From assembly GCA_963849735.1 (NCBI GenBank), contig CAWKJE010000016.1:54086-118085 (forward strand): 64,000 bases of DNA. The letters run 5' to 3'. Every line of letters begins with the position of its first letter. The stretch's first letter is position 1. The notes below the pieces were generated by a model. It was given only the letters and a program-made list of their open reading frames with translations, had not been told where the DNA came from and made no database searches. A program made the position numbers and the translations under genes. This document shows, piece after piece, positions 28,464 through 38,787 of this stretch. Origin of the DNA: an uncultured delta proteobacterium. Lineage in GTDB: Bacteria > Myxococcota_A > Polyangia > Fen-1088.

Positions 28464-29960
28464 ATGAGCAACACCCAAGAAGTATGGTTCTTGACCGGCA
28501 CCCAGGACTTGTACGGCCAGGAGACCCTGAACAAAGTGGCAGAGCACTCCCGCACCATCGCGGCCTACCTCGACGCGGCAGAGAGGCTGCCCGTGCGAGT
28601 CGTCGGGAAGCCTATCCTCAAGGGCCCGGATGCCATTTCCCAGATATGCCTCGAGGCCAACGCGGCTCCCGCCTGTGTGGGTGTAATCACTTGGATGCAC
28701 ACCTTTTCCCCGGCCAAGATGTGGATTCGCGGCCTCACGCAGCTAACCAAGCCCCTCGCTCATCTGCACACTCAGTTCAATCGCGAGCTGCCCTGGGCCA
28801 CGATCGACATGGATTTCATGAACCTCAACCAGTCGGCCCACGGTGACCGTGAGTTCGGCTTCGTGGCGGCCAGGCTACGGCTCGAGCATAAGATCGTGGT
28901 CGGGCACTGGCAAGACAGCGACGTGATCGCCGAGCTGGCGGACTGGGCGCGTGTCGCGTGTGCCGCGGCCGAATCGCGCAAGCTCAAGATCGTGCGTTTC
29001 GGCGGCATGAACATGCGCGAAGTGGCGGTGACAGGCGGTGACCGCGTCGAGGCCCAGATCAAGCTGGGCTGGTCGGTAAACGGCCACGCCGTCGGCGACT
29101 TGGCAGGGCGCATAGCCGAAGTGCGCGACGCCGACGTCGACCATCTGGTCGATGAATACGAGACCCAGTACACCCTCGCCCGCAGCTTGCTCAAAGGCGG
29201 CGAGCAACGCGAGATCCTACGCGACGCTGCCAGGCAGGAGCTCGGGCTACGCGCCTTTCTGACCAGTGGGGGCTACGGCGCCTTCACCACTACCTTCGAA
29301 GATCTCTACGGGCTCCACCAGCTCCCCGGGCTAGCCTGCCAGCGCCTCATGGCCGAAGGCTACGGCTTCGGAGCCGAGGGGGACTGGAAAACCGCCGCTC
29401 TGGTGCGGTTGATGAAGGTGATGGCCGCTGGCCGCGCCGGTGGAGTGTCATTCATGGAGGACTACACCTACCACCTGGTGAAGGGGGAGGAGAATGTCCT
29501 GGGCGCCCACATGCTCGAGATCTGCCCTTCGATTGCCGAGGGCAAACCCTCCCTCGAGATCCATCCCCTGGGTATCGGGGGCAAGAACGATCCCTGCCGC
29601 CTCGTCTTCAATGCAGCGCCGGGGCCCGCGGTGGCTGTCGCCCTCATCGACATGGGGGGGCGGATGCGCCTCATCGTCCACGAGCTCGACGTCGTCAAGG
29701 CCGAGCATGCCATGCCCAAACTGCCCGTGGCACGCGCGCTCTGGGTACCACGCCCTGACTTCCGCCGCGGTTGTCAGGCTTGGCTCCTCGCGGGAGGAGG
29801 TCATCACACCTCGTTCAGCCGAGCCGTGACGGCCGGTGCGCTCGAGGACTTGGCGGCTCTCTTGGGTGTTGAAAGCGTGCGCATCGGGCATGGCACCGAG
29901 CTCGCGACGCTCAAGCAGGAGCTGCGCTGGAACGACGACGCTTTCCGCCGCAACCGCTAG
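28464..29960 (+). CDS. araA: L-arabinose isomerase
   Basis: Full-length AraA family (MSNTQEVWFLTGTQDLYGQETL...MHTFSPAKMWI...EGDWKTA). The track ORF 28329 is over-extended. Confidence 0.9.
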   Translation: MSNTQEVWFLTGTQDLYGQETLNKVAEHSRTIAAYLDAAERLPVRVVGKPILKGPDAISQICLEANAAPACVGVITWMHTFSPAKMWIRGLTQLTKPLAHLHTQFNRELPWATIDMDFMNLNQSAHGDREFGFVAARLRLEHKIVVGHWQDSDVIAELADWARVACAAAESRKLKIVRFGGMNMREVAVTGGDRVEAQIKLGWSVNGHAVGDLAGRIAEVRDADVDHLVDEYETQYTLARSLLKGGEQREILRDAARQELGLRAFLTSGGYGAFTTTFEDLYGLHQLPGLACQRLMAEGYGFGAEGDWKTAALVRLMKVMAAGRAGGVSFMEDYTYHLVKGEENVLGAHMLEICPSIAEGKPSLEIHPLGIGGKNDPCRLVFNAAPGPAVAVALIDMGGRMRLIVHELDVVKAEHAMPKLPVARALWVPRPDFRRGCQAWLLAGGGHHTSFSRAVTAGALEDLAALLGVESVRIGHGTELATLKQELRWNDDAFRRNR

Positions 29961-29975
29961 GGGTCGACGAGGCAA

Positions 29976-30674
29976 ATGAATTCGAGCTACGGCGAGCTCA
30001 AGGAGCAGGCCTTCCGGGCCAACATGGAGATCCCGCGCCGTGGTCTGGCCATCTACACTTTCGGCAACGTGTCCGCGTTCGCACCCGAGCGCGCGGTCTT
30101 CGCCATCAAACCGAGTGGCGTGGCCTACGAAAGCCTCACCGCCGCCGACATGGTGGTGGTCGACCTGGAGGCCAAGGTGATCGAGGGCGGCATGCGCCCC
30201 TCCTCCGACACCAAGACGCACGCCGCCCTCTACCGGAAATTTCCCGGCCTCGGTGGCATCGTCCACACCCACTCCACCTACGCCACCGCCTGGGCGCAGG
30301 CCCGTCTGCCTATTCCCATCTACGGCACCACCCACGCGGATCACCTCGGAGAGGACGTCCCTTGCACCGCGGTCATGACCGCGCAGGCTGTGCAGGGTGA
30401 CTATGAGGCCGAGACGGGGGCGCAGATCATTGACTGCTTCCGCACCCGCAACCCCGACCAGACGCCGATGGTGCTGGTAGCAGGGCACGGTCCCTTCACC
30501 TGGGGCAAGACGGCGGAAAAGGCGGTGTACCACGCGGTCGTGCTCGAGGAGCTGGCCAAAATGGCGGCTATCACTCGTGCTCTCGATCCGCAAGCCGATC
30601 GTCTGCCCGACTATCTCGTGCGCAAGCATTTCGAACGCAAGCATGGCAAGAACGCCTACTATGGACAGGGGTAG
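29976..30674 (+). CDS. araD: L-ribulose-5-phosphate 4-epimerase
   Basis: Class II aldolase/adducin fold with AraD motifs (NMEIPRRGLAIYTFGNVSAF...IVHTHSTYATAWAQA). Confidence 0.9.
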   Translation: MNSSYGELKEQAFRANMEIPRRGLAIYTFGNVSAFAPERAVFAIKPSGVAYESLTAADMVVVDLEAKVIEGGMRPSSDTKTHAALYRKFPGLGGIVHTHSTYATAWAQARLPIPIYGTTHADHLGEDVPCTAVMTAQAVQGDYEAETGAQIIDCFRTRNPDQTPMVLVAGHGPFTWGKTAEKAVYHAVVLEELAKMAAITRALDPQADRLPDYLVRKHFERKHGKNAYYGQG

Positions 30675-30796
30675 GGCGGGTGGCCGCTCCCGCCCGAGCT
30701 TGCCCGCTCTCCGCTCCGTGATCCCCGCTTCCTGATCGATGACAACGACCGCGACCGAGCTCAAGTCACTTTAACCCACGAGAGGACTGGTCCACC

Positions 30797-32329
30797 ATGC
30801 GACGAGCATTACCACTGTTATGGCTACCGGGACTGTTGGCAGGTTTCGCGACTGCGGCCCGCGCACAAGAGAGCGAGGGCACCAATGCTCCCCCCAGCCA
30901 GGGCTCGGCGCCTGAGCAGCCGGCGCCCGCGGCTGCCGCCCCCGCTGAAGTGGCCGCCGCTGCTGAAGTGGCTGCCGCTGCTCCCGCCATCGCCCCCCCC
31001 GGGTCGCTGGCGCCCAAGCTGGGCGACTTCTCCGCACATGGTTACTTCCGAGGTGGCTTCGGCGCCAACATCGACCAAAAGGGCCGACAGACCTGCTTCC
31101 AGCTCAGTCTGCCCAACGGCATGTTCTCCAAGTACCGGCTCGGCAACGAGTGCGAGGTGTGGGCCGAGCTCGACACTCGCACCGTGGTCTACGTTGGCGA
31201 CGACGGCTCGGTGGCGAGCGTGCACTTTATGCCGGTGGCCTACATCCCCACCACCTATGTCGGCTATGTCCCCAACGGCGCCACCTCGACCTTCGCCGAG
31301 TCGGGTCAGCCCTCAACCGGTGCGACGGTGGCCTTTCCCAACCTCTACGCCGACATCAAGGGCATTCCTTGGCTATACGGCGGGACGGCCTGGGCGGGCA
31401 CCCGCTACTACAAGCGCGAGGAGGTCTATATCAGCGACTTCTTCTACTGGAATCCCTCCGGCGTAGGGGCCGGAATCGAGGACGTCTCCCTCGGCCAGAT
31501 CTGGCAGGCCGCGCCCGATTCTTTGCGAGGCGTCACATTCAGCTATGCGGCTTTCGCCGTCGATGGCGAGCCCAATGCGAATCCTCCCTTGCCCCCCGTA
31601 AACGACCTCGGGATACGTAGCGATTTCCAGATACGCGGCTTCCGGCCCTACCAGGGGGGAGAGCTCCAACTCGGCTTCCAGTTCATTGGCGATCGGAGCA
31701 ACGACAATCCCACGGCAGGCGTCGGTCTGGCCGGTCCCACCTATGGCGGGTGGGGCATCACCATCCGTCACATCCAAGAGGTGCTAGGCGGCGACAACAA
31801 GCTGGTCTTCCAATATGGCAGAGGCGGCGGCACCGGCTTTGGTACTCTTGCGCGCTTCTACTACCCCGACTTTTCCCTGAACTACAGCACGAGCGAGTCG
31901 CGCTGGCGGGCACTGGACGTGCTCACCATCCAACCCACTGACTGGTTCGGCTTGCAGGCTGACGTCGTCGCCCAGCACGACAACTCCACCCCCTCGCAAA
32001 CGGGGTACTGGTTCTCCGCCGGTACCCGCGCCAGCATCGGCTTTACCCAGCATGCCAAGTTGCTCGGTGAAGTGGGCCACGACAGCTTCTTCGTGACCAA
32101 CGGCCAATCCTTCACCTCGAATTGGCGCGATCTGACCAAGCTCACTGGCGCGGTGGCGTTGTGCTCGGCCAAGGGCTTCATGGCCCGTCCCGAGCTCCGC
32201 CTCTTCTACACCTGGGCGATGTGGAACGGCCGGGCGCGCACGGCCGGCATCGATTCGGGCAACGTCTATCAGAACACCAGCAACCTGAGCGGCGCCACTG
32301 CCGGTCTGCAAGCCGAGGCCATCTGGTAG
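30797..32329 (+). CDS. Putative outer-membrane carbohydrate porin (OprB/LamB-like beta-barrel)
   Basis: Signal peptide MRRALPLLWLPGLLAGFATAARAQ. Aromatic-rich alternating beta-strand pattern and a C-terminal ...AEAIW. It is embedded in the ara cluster. The family assignment is tentative. Confidence 0.45.
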   Translation: MRRALPLLWLPGLLAGFATAARAQESEGTNAPPSQGSAPEQPAPAAAAPAEVAAAAEVAAAAPAIAPPGSLAPKLGDFSAHGYFRGGFGANIDQKGRQTCFQLSLPNGMFSKYRLGNECEVWAELDTRTVVYVGDDGSVASVHFMPVAYIPTTYVGYVPNGATSTFAESGQPSTGATVAFPNLYADIKGIPWLYGGTAWAGTRYYKREEVYISDFFYWNPSGVGAGIEDVSLGQIWQAAPDSLRGVTFSYAAFAVDGEPNANPPLPPVNDLGIRSDFQIRGFRPYQGGELQLGFQFIGDRSNDNPTAGVGLAGPTYGGWGITIRHIQEVLGGDNKLVFQYGRGGGTGFGTLARFYYPDFSLNYSTSESRWRALDVLTIQPTDWFGLQADVVAQHDNSTPSQTGYWFSAGTRASIGFTQHAKLLGEVGHDSFFVTNGQSFTSNWRDLTKLTGAVALCSAKGFMARPELRLFYTWAMWNGRARTAGIDSGNVYQNTSNLSGATAGLQAEAIW

Positions 32330-32348
32330 CCAGAGAGGAGACGCCATC

Positions 32349-33512
32349 ATGAGGTCCATAGTCATCCCCGCCGCCACCCTCACCGCCATTGCCCTGGCAC
32401 TGTCTCTGACCGGACCAGCGTCGGCCGCCGCCAAACCGGCCAAAACGACCGGCCCGGCCGTCACTTCCCGCCCGTTCGGCGAGCTTGCCGACGGCAAGAA
32501 GGTTACCCTCTACACCCTGAGCAACGGCAACGGGGCCGAGGTCAGGATCATCGACTACGGGGCCATCGTGGTGTCGTTGACCGTGCCCGATCGGCAAGGC
32601 CACCCTCGTGATGTCGTCCTCGGCTACGACAATCTCGCCGGCTACGCCAAGGACAAGGATTTCTTCGGCTCCATCGTCGGCCGCTACGGCAACCGCATTG
32701 CCGCCGGCAAGTTCGAGCTCGATGGCAAGAGTTACCAGTTGGACCTGAACAACGGGCCCAACCATCTCCATGGTGGATCCGACGGCTTCTACAAGAAGCT
32801 GTGGCGGAGCGAAGCGGTCAAGGGCAAGAACGGCCCGGGGGTTAAGCTCACCTACGTCAGCAAGGATGGCGAGGAGGGCTATCCCGGCACCGTCACCCTG
32901 ACTGTGACCTACACCCTGACCAAGGACAACGGCTTGCGCATCGACTATCGCGGCACGACCGACAAGACCACCATCCTCAACCCGACCAATCACTCGTACT
33001 TCAATCTCAGCGGCGACGCCACCCACCCCATCCTGGACGAGGAGTTGACCATCGCTGCCGACCAGACCACGCCCGTTGGCCCCGGCCTCATTCCCACCGG
33101 CAAGCTGGCCAATGTCGCCGGCACGCCCATGGATTTCCGCAAGCCGACCCCAATAGGCGCTCGTATCGCGGCGCAGGACGAGCAGCTCGCCCTAGGCAAG
33201 GGCTACGACCACAACTGGGTGTTGCGCAAGACCGCCAAGCAGGTAACTGAGGCAGCCGAGCTCTACAATCCGACCAGCGGCATAGTCATGAAAGTGCTGA
33301 CCGATCAGCCCGGGCTCCAGTTCTACTCGGGCAACTTCCTCAACGGCACCATTCACGGCAAAGGCAGCGTCCCCTACCAACATCGCACCGCCCTGTGCCT
33401 GGAGGCCCAGGACTTCCCCGACGCCCCCAACCACCCCAACTTCCCCAGCGCCGTGCTCCGGCCCGGCCAGCAATACACCCAGACCACCATTTATCAGTTC
33501 TCCACCCGCTGA
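32349..33512 (+). CDS. galM: Aldose 1-epimerase (mutarotase), secreted/periplasmic
   Basis: Signal peptide plus aldose-epimerase motifs (GYDNLAGY...FFGSIVGRYGNRIAAGKFELDGKSYQLDLNNGPNHLHGG). Confidence 0.85.
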   Translation: MRSIVIPAATLTAIALALSLTGPASAAAKPAKTTGPAVTSRPFGELADGKKVTLYTLSNGNGAEVRIIDYGAIVVSLTVPDRQGHPRDVVLGYDNLAGYAKDKDFFGSIVGRYGNRIAAGKFELDGKSYQLDLNNGPNHLHGGSDGFYKKLWRSEAVKGKNGPGVKLTYVSKDGEEGYPGTVTLTVTYTLTKDNGLRIDYRGTTDKTTILNPTNHSYFNLSGDATHPILDEELTIAADQTTPVGPGLIPTGKLANVAGTPMDFRKPTPIGARIAAQDEQLALGKGYDHNWVLRKTAKQVTEAAELYNPTSGIVMKVLTDQPGLQFYSGNFLNGTIHGKGSVPYQHRTALCLEAQDFPDAPNHPNFPSAVLRPGQQYTQTTIYQFSTR

Positions 33513-33596
33513 GCGGTCTGCCGCTCTGCCGTCAAAAGCCACCCGGGCGCGCGGTCGCGCCGCCACTTCCCTCACCCCACTAGGGAGACCAGAGTT

Positions 33597-35303
33597 ATGA
33601 ACAAAGGTGCCATTTTCAATTCGGCTGACTGGGTAGCGATCACCCTCTTTTTCCTGGCCATGATCGCCATCGTCTGGGCCTCCGTGCGCAAGAAAGTGCA
33701 GGACGGCGCCGGGTACTTCCTTTCCGCCCGCGACGCCAAGTGGACCACCATCGGCACCTCCATCTTTACCTCGAACATCGGCTCCGAGCACCTGGTGGGT
33801 CTGGCCGGCGCCGGATTCGCCACCGGCCTGGCGATGGCCCACTGGGAGATGCACGCCTGGCTCATCCTGGTCCTGGGCTGGGTCTTCGTGCCCATCTACG
33901 ACCGCATCAAGGTCTTCACCATGCCGGAGTTCCTCGAGCTGCGCTATTCCGCCGGCTCGCGCACCATCCTCAGCTTCCTCACCATCGCCAGCCTCGTCCT
34001 CACCAAGTTGTCCGCCACCCTGTACGCCGCCGACGTCGTATTCAAGGTCTTCCTGGGCGTCGACTCCATCCAGATCATGGGCCACCAGGTCGACATGTTC
34101 TGGGTCATTTCCCTCAGCCTGGCCTTCATCACCGGCATCTACACCACCGTGGGCGGCATGCGGGTCATCATGTACACCTCCGTGCTCCAGACCCCGGTTC
34201 TCCTCCTCGGTTCCTTCTTCATCCTGTTCATGGGCCTTTCCGCTCTCGGTCACGGCAGCCTGATCTCCGGCTGGCATGCCATGTTGACGGCCGTCGGCAC
34301 CAACATCCACCTGGTCCGTCCCATGAGCGACAAGTCCTTCCCCTGGCTGGCCGTGCTGCCCGGCTCCGCCATGATCGGCTTCTGGTACTGGTGCACCGAC
34401 CAATACATCGTCCAGCGTGTGCTCGCCGGACGCAGTGAGAAGGATAGCCGCCGGGGCACCATCCTGGCCGCCTACCTCAAGCTCACCCCGGTCTTCATCT
34501 TCATGATCCCCGGCATGATCGCCCTCGCCCTGACCAAGATGCCCGGCAGCGGATTCGCTACCAGCGGCGACGCCGCCTACACCTCGCTGGTGGCCCAGCT
34601 CCTGCCCCACGGCATCCGTGGCGTCGTGGCCTGCGGCATGCTCGCCTCCCTCATGGCCTCGCTGGCCTCCAAATTCAACGCCTCCGCCGCGCTGTTCACT
34701 ATGGACTTCTACCAGAAGTGGCGCCCCAAGTCCTCCGGCCGCACCCAGGTAGTGGTCGGTCGCATCGCCACCGCCGCCATCGTCCTCATCGGCATCCTCT
34801 GGATCCCGGTTATGAAGACCCTGGGCAAGAATCTGTACGAGTACCTCCAGAGCGTGCAGGGCTACATGTCCCCCGCCATCGCCGTCCTGTTCGCCGCCGG
34901 CATCTTCTGGAAGCGCGCCACCGCTCCCGCCGCCTTCTGGGCCTTCCTGGTCGGCGCCTTCGGCGGCTTCTTCCGCCTCGGCCTCGACCTCGTCATCGAC
35001 CGCCCCCTCAAAGACGGCCGCGCCACCGCTGCCCTTCTGCAAGACAAGTGGGGCATCCTCTTCAACCTCGACCAGATCCACTGGCTCTACTACGCCGAGC
35101 TCCTCCTCATAGTCAGTGCCATCCTCCTCGTCGTCATAAGCCTCCTCACCCCGGCCCCCGCCCCGGAAAAGGCCAAGTACACCGCTTTCGGCACCACCCC
35201 CGAAGAGAAAGCCGCCAGCCGCGCCAGCTGGAACAAGTGGGACGTCATCCACACCGCCATCATCGTCGGCGTGGTCGTGGCGTTCTATGCGTACTTCTGG
35301 TAG
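33597..35303 (+). CDS. Sodium:solute symporter (SSS/SGLT family), probable arabinose/pentose uptake
   Basis: 13-14 TM helices and the SSS signature region (GSEHLVGLAGAGFATGLAMAHWE, and so on). Confidence 0.85.
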   Translation: MNKGAIFNSADWVAITLFFLAMIAIVWASVRKKVQDGAGYFLSARDAKWTTIGTSIFTSNIGSEHLVGLAGAGFATGLAMAHWEMHAWLILVLGWVFVPIYDRIKVFTMPEFLELRYSAGSRTILSFLTIASLVLTKLSATLYAADVVFKVFLGVDSIQIMGHQVDMFWVISLSLAFITGIYTTVGGMRVIMYTSVLQTPVLLLGSFFILFMGLSALGHGSLISGWHAMLTAVGTNIHLVRPMSDKSFPWLAVLPGSAMIGFWYWCTDQYIVQRVLAGRSEKDSRRGTILAAYLKLTPVFIFMIPGMIALALTKMPGSGFATSGDAAYTSLVAQLLPHGIRGVVACGMLASLMASLASKFNASAALFTMDFYQKWRPKSSGRTQVVVGRIATAAIVLIGILWIPVMKTLGKNLYEYLQSVQGYMSPAIAVLFAAGIFWKRATAPAAFWAFLVGAFGGFFRLGLDLVIDRPLKDGRATAALLQDKWGILFNLDQIHWLYYAELLLIVSAILLVVISLLTPAPAPEKAKYTAFGTTPEEKAASRASWNKWDVIHTAIIVGVVVAFYAYFW

Positions 35304-35318
35304 AGGGGGCGACCGAGA

Positions 35319-38300
35319 TCACAAGATCGTAACACTCACCCCTGCCCCGAACGTCTCGTTCGCCAGGGGCAGCAGGTGCTGGTGATGGGTCAGGAAGATC
35401 ACCTGGGTCTGCTCGGACAGGCGAGCCAAGGCTTGCAGTCCGGCGCGGGCGCGCTCGTCGTCGAAGTTGACAAAGAGGTCATCGGCGATAAAGGGCAGCG
35501 GATGGCCTTTGGCGATCTGGAGCTCGAGGGCGGCCAGGCGCAGGGCCAGGAATAGCTGATCCCGGGTACCGTCGCTCATGTGCTCGGCATCCACCGCCTT
35601 GCGCTCCGGTCCCGGGCGAATGCCGGTCAGCTTGGGCGGATCGGCGTCGGCGTCCACGGTCAGACGGGCAAAGGATGCTAGCGTCAGCCCGGCAAAGATC
35701 TCGCTCGCCCGCGCCAGCAGGGGCTCTTGGATCTGCTCCCGGTAGCGCTCGATGGCCCAGCCCAACAGGCGCTCCGCGGTCCTGACCTCGAGGTAGCGTT
35801 CGGTGGCCTCGGCCATGCGCGCCAGGGCACCTTGCCTGCGGGTGGCCGCACTGGCGGCGTCGTCACCCCCGGTGATATGGCCCAGCTCCGTCTGAGCATG
35901 GCTGAGCGACGCCGAGAGGGTCTGCACCCGGTCGCGCAGCTCGTCCTGGTCGCGCTTGACAGCGCTCAGGCGCTCGGGCAACCGGGCAAGCTCGACGCCC
36001 GCGGCCTCGGCCTCAAGCTCGGTCAAGGTCAAGCCATCCCCGGCCCGCTCGGCCGCCGCCTTGGCCTGGCTCGCCTGCTCCGTCAGAGCGCGGCTCAGGT
36101 CCGAGCGGGTGATGGCCAGGCGCAGAGTCTCGATCTCGGTCGTGCCCGCCGCCTCAAGGAGCGGCGTCAGCAGGGCGCGCTCCTCTTCGATCTTGGCCGC
36201 GGCCGCCTTCACCTCTTCCCTCTGCCTACGGATTTCGTCGTCCAGCCGCTTTGCCTCGCGTTCCTGGTCCCTGGCCGTCGTCAGCCTGGTGGTCAGGGCC
36301 ATCGATAGCTCCAGCGCACTACGCCCCTCGAACCCATCGCCATCCGGCCCCATGGTCAGCGCCAGCTCCATCGCTTGCCGCTCGAGATCCTCCAGGTCCC
36401 GCCGCATACTCTTGATCCGACCTTCCGGATCGCCAATCGCGGCTAGCCCCTCTTCGATCTGGGTGAACAGGGTCAGGGCACCGTCCACCGCCGCCGCGTC
36501 CAACCCCGCCAGCCCGGCCAGCCGGGTGGCTTCGCTCCAGGCGTTGCCCCACGCAGCCTTGGCCAGGTCGGCCTGATCGGCTTTGTCGACCAACTCCACC
36601 AAGGCCCGCCGCCCATTCGCGACCTGGCGGATCAGCTCGTCCCGCCGCGCCTGTCCTTTGACCGCGGCGTCCACCAGTCCCTGCGCCTCCTGGAGCAACA
36701 CCGCGGGACACGTCTCCCGGGCCAGGGCGTGCCCGACAGCGTCCAGGGCGCGCAGCACCGCGCCCCCCGCCACGGTGACCGCCTCCGCGAGCTGAGCCGC
36801 GTCCGCTTGCGCCTGTTCCAGTGCCTCGGCGGCCTTGAGCACACTGGCCCGAGCCCCCCGCCACTCCTCATAATGACTAAGAGGCAGGGCGGGAAACCCA
36901 AGCTTTCCAGCCTCGGCCTGCCAGGCGCCTTCCGGCGCCGCCAGCTCAGCTCTAAGATGATCAAGACGCGTCTCCGCGTCGGCCAGCTTGAGCCTCGCTT
37001 GCTCGAGCTGATCCAGTTTCGCCTGCAGCTCGGCCGCCTCCTGGGCGCCAGCGTGACGTTGGTCGGCCTTGTCGTCGGCCTCCTTCACCTGCCGCTCGAA
37101 CTCAGGGGCGGCTTGCGCCAGCAGAACCCTACCATGTCTTATCTCCTGCCAGGTCAGGTCACGCCGCGCGCGGGCGGCGCCGAGATCGTCGCGGGTCACG
37201 GGGTGATGGGATCGCCGGTACTGCTCGATGCCGAGCGTGGCTGCCGCTAGCTCGCGCGCCAGCTCACCCCGCCGCTCGGTGGCCGCGCGCAACTCTACCT
37301 GCAGCCGCTCGACTTGAGCCCGGAGGCCGATGACGAGATCCCCCGGCGGCAGCGCCAGCGTCTGCAGCCGCGCAACGGGAAGCTGCCAGATCCCGAGCTT
37401 GCTCTGCTCCCCGCACAGGACCCGCTGTGCCTTGCTGACCTTGCCGGCTTCGCGTCTGGCCGCGGCCTCGCAATCCCCCAGTTTCACTAGTGCATCCAGG
37501 GCCGCCTTTAGCTCGGCCGAGATTTCCACCGTTGCCTGCTGGGCGAGCTCGACCTGGTTCTCGGCAATCTCCCGCTGCTTGGCCGCCACGGCGCCGGCGG
37601 CCGCAGCGCAGGCTTCCCCGGTGGCGCCCTGCTTCTTGAGCAAATCCTGCAGAGTGCGGCGCAAGGGTAGCGGAGGAAGGCGGGCGCGCAGCGCGACGGC
37701 GTCGCCATCGGGCCAGCCGAGTTGCCGGGTCAGGTTGTGAACAGTCACCCAGAGGGTAGTAATCTTGGCTTCCAGCTTGGCTATGTCGCTTGGGTGCCTG
37801 GCCGTCTGCTGCCTCGCGGCCTCCAGGGCCAAAATGCGTGGCGCCTCCGCCAGAGTCAGTCGATCCAGGGTGACCTTGGCCCGTTCCCCGCGCGCTTCCG
37901 CAAGATACCGGTCGGCGCTATCGCGCAAGACGGCCGCCCTCGCCATGGCGGCAGTGGCCTGCTCGAGCTTACGGCCGGCATCCGGCGGGAGCAACACGAC
38001 ATCTCGATTCGCCTGCAAGGCCAGGCTGGCCTCCGCCTGGGCCCGCAGGAACGGCGCCACCCTACGCACGCGCTCGAGCCGGATACGCTCGCGCTCGCGC
38101 TCATCGAAACGAGCATTAGCCTCGGCAAGCTGCCGCTCGAGCTCGCACACCTGCTCGCTGCGCTCGAGCCAAACCCCGGCTTTGACCGTGGTGCGCTTCA
38201 ACTCCGCCTCGGCCTCCTCCAGAACGATCTGGGCCTTGTAGTACTCCCGCTCGCTCGACCTGCGCTTGGCCCACAAACCGTCGGCTTCCTGGTCGAGAGC

Positions 38301-38783
38301 CTGCTGCAGGTCCCTCAGGTGGGTGATATTCCCGGACGACTGGAGCAAAGTCTTGCCCACGTCATTCTTGGCAGCCAGGATTTGCCTGCCCCCGGACACG
38401 AGTCGTTCGTGGTCCAGGCCGAAGACCAGACGAAAGACATCGCGCGTGGCCCCGCCCAGGAAAGTCGCCAGGGCATCCTCCGGCAGCGGCTCGCCCTTGG
38501 CTCCATAGAGCGACCTCGGCTTCCTGACCCGGCGAAGCTCCAGCACCCTCTCGTCGTGGGAAAGCACGGCCCCGATACAGAGCTCCGCCTTGGGGTGAAG
38601 AAAGCCGTAGCTGGTCTCCCGCTCGATGCCGAAAAGCAGCTCGAGTATTGCCGCCTGCACGGTCGATTTGCCCGCTTCGTTACGGCCGACGACCAGGTGG
38701 AAGTCACGCGGCGTGCGCGGCCAGTTGATGGGCTTGCAGGTAAAGTGGCCGAACCTTACCAGGTCCAACCGATCAATGCGCAC
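35319..38783 (-). CDS. SbcC/YhaN-like AAA ATPase with long coiled coil (DNA repair exonuclease ATPase subunit family)
   Basis: Probable GTG start at 38783 with a GGGAGGG SD. N-terminal VRIDRLDLVRFGHF...GRNEAGKSTVQAAILELLFG (Walker A). About 900 aa are Ala/Glu/Arg/Leu-rich coiled coil. The C-terminal ABC signature/D-loop region is ...DDLFVNFDDERARAGLQALARLSEQTQVIFLTHHQHLL. The track ORF is over-extended to 38933. Confidence 0.7.
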   Translation of the reverse strand: MRIDRLDLVRFGHFTCKPINWPRTPRDFHLVVGRNEAGKSTVQAAILELLFGIERETSYGFLHPKAELCIGAVLSHDERVLELRRVRKPRSLYGAKGEPLPEDALATFLGGATRDVFRLVFGLDHERLVSGGRQILAAKNDVGKTLLQSSGNITHLRDLQQALDQEADGLWAKRRSSEREYYKAQIVLEEAEAELKRTTVKAGVWLERSEQVCELERQLAEANARFDERERERIRLERVRRVAPFLRAQAEASLALQANRDVVLLPPDAGRKLEQATAAMARAAVLRDSADRYLAEARGERAKVTLDRLTLAEAPRILALEAARQQTARHPSDIAKLEAKITTLWVTVHNLTRQLGWPDGDAVALRARLPPLPLRRTLQDLLKKQGATGEACAAAAGAVAAKQREIAENQVELAQQATVEISAELKAALDALVKLGDCEAAARREAGKVSKAQRVLCGEQSKLGIWQLPVARLQTLALPPGDLVIGLRAQVERLQVELRAATERRGELARELAAATLGIEQYRRSHHPVTRDDLGAARARRDLTWQEIRHGRVLLAQAAPEFERQVKEADDKADQRHAGAQEAAELQAKLDQLEQARLKLADAETRLDHLRAELAAPEGAWQAEAGKLGFPALPLSHYEEWRGARASVLKAAEALEQAQADAAQLAEAVTVAGGAVLRALDAVGHALARETCPAVLLQEAQGLVDAAVKGQARRDELIRQVANGRRALVELVDKADQADLAKAAWGNAWSEATRLAGLAGLDAAAVDGALTLFTQIEEGLAAIGDPEGRIKSMRRDLEDLERQAMELALTMGPDGDGFEGRSALELSMALTTRLTTARDQEREAKRLDDEIRRQREEVKAAAAKIEEERALLTPLLEAAGTTEIETLRLAITRSDLSRALTEQASQAKAAAERAGDGLTLTELEAEAAGVELARLPERLSAVKRDQDELRDRVQTLSASLSHAQTELGHITGGDDAASAATRRQGALARMAEATERYLEVRTAERLLGWAIERYREQIQEPLLARASEIFAGLTLASFARLTVDADADPPKLTGIRPGPERKAVDAEHMSDGTRDQLFLALRLAALELQIAKGHPLPFIADDLFVNFDDERARAGLQALARLSEQTQVIFLTHHQHLLPLANETFGAGVSVTIL

Positions 38784-38787
38784 GGCA

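Noticed and set aside
33192-35252. 686-aa minus-strand ORF
   Set aside because: It is antisense to the well-supported SSS symporter. It is G/A/E/D-rich low complexity with no start context.
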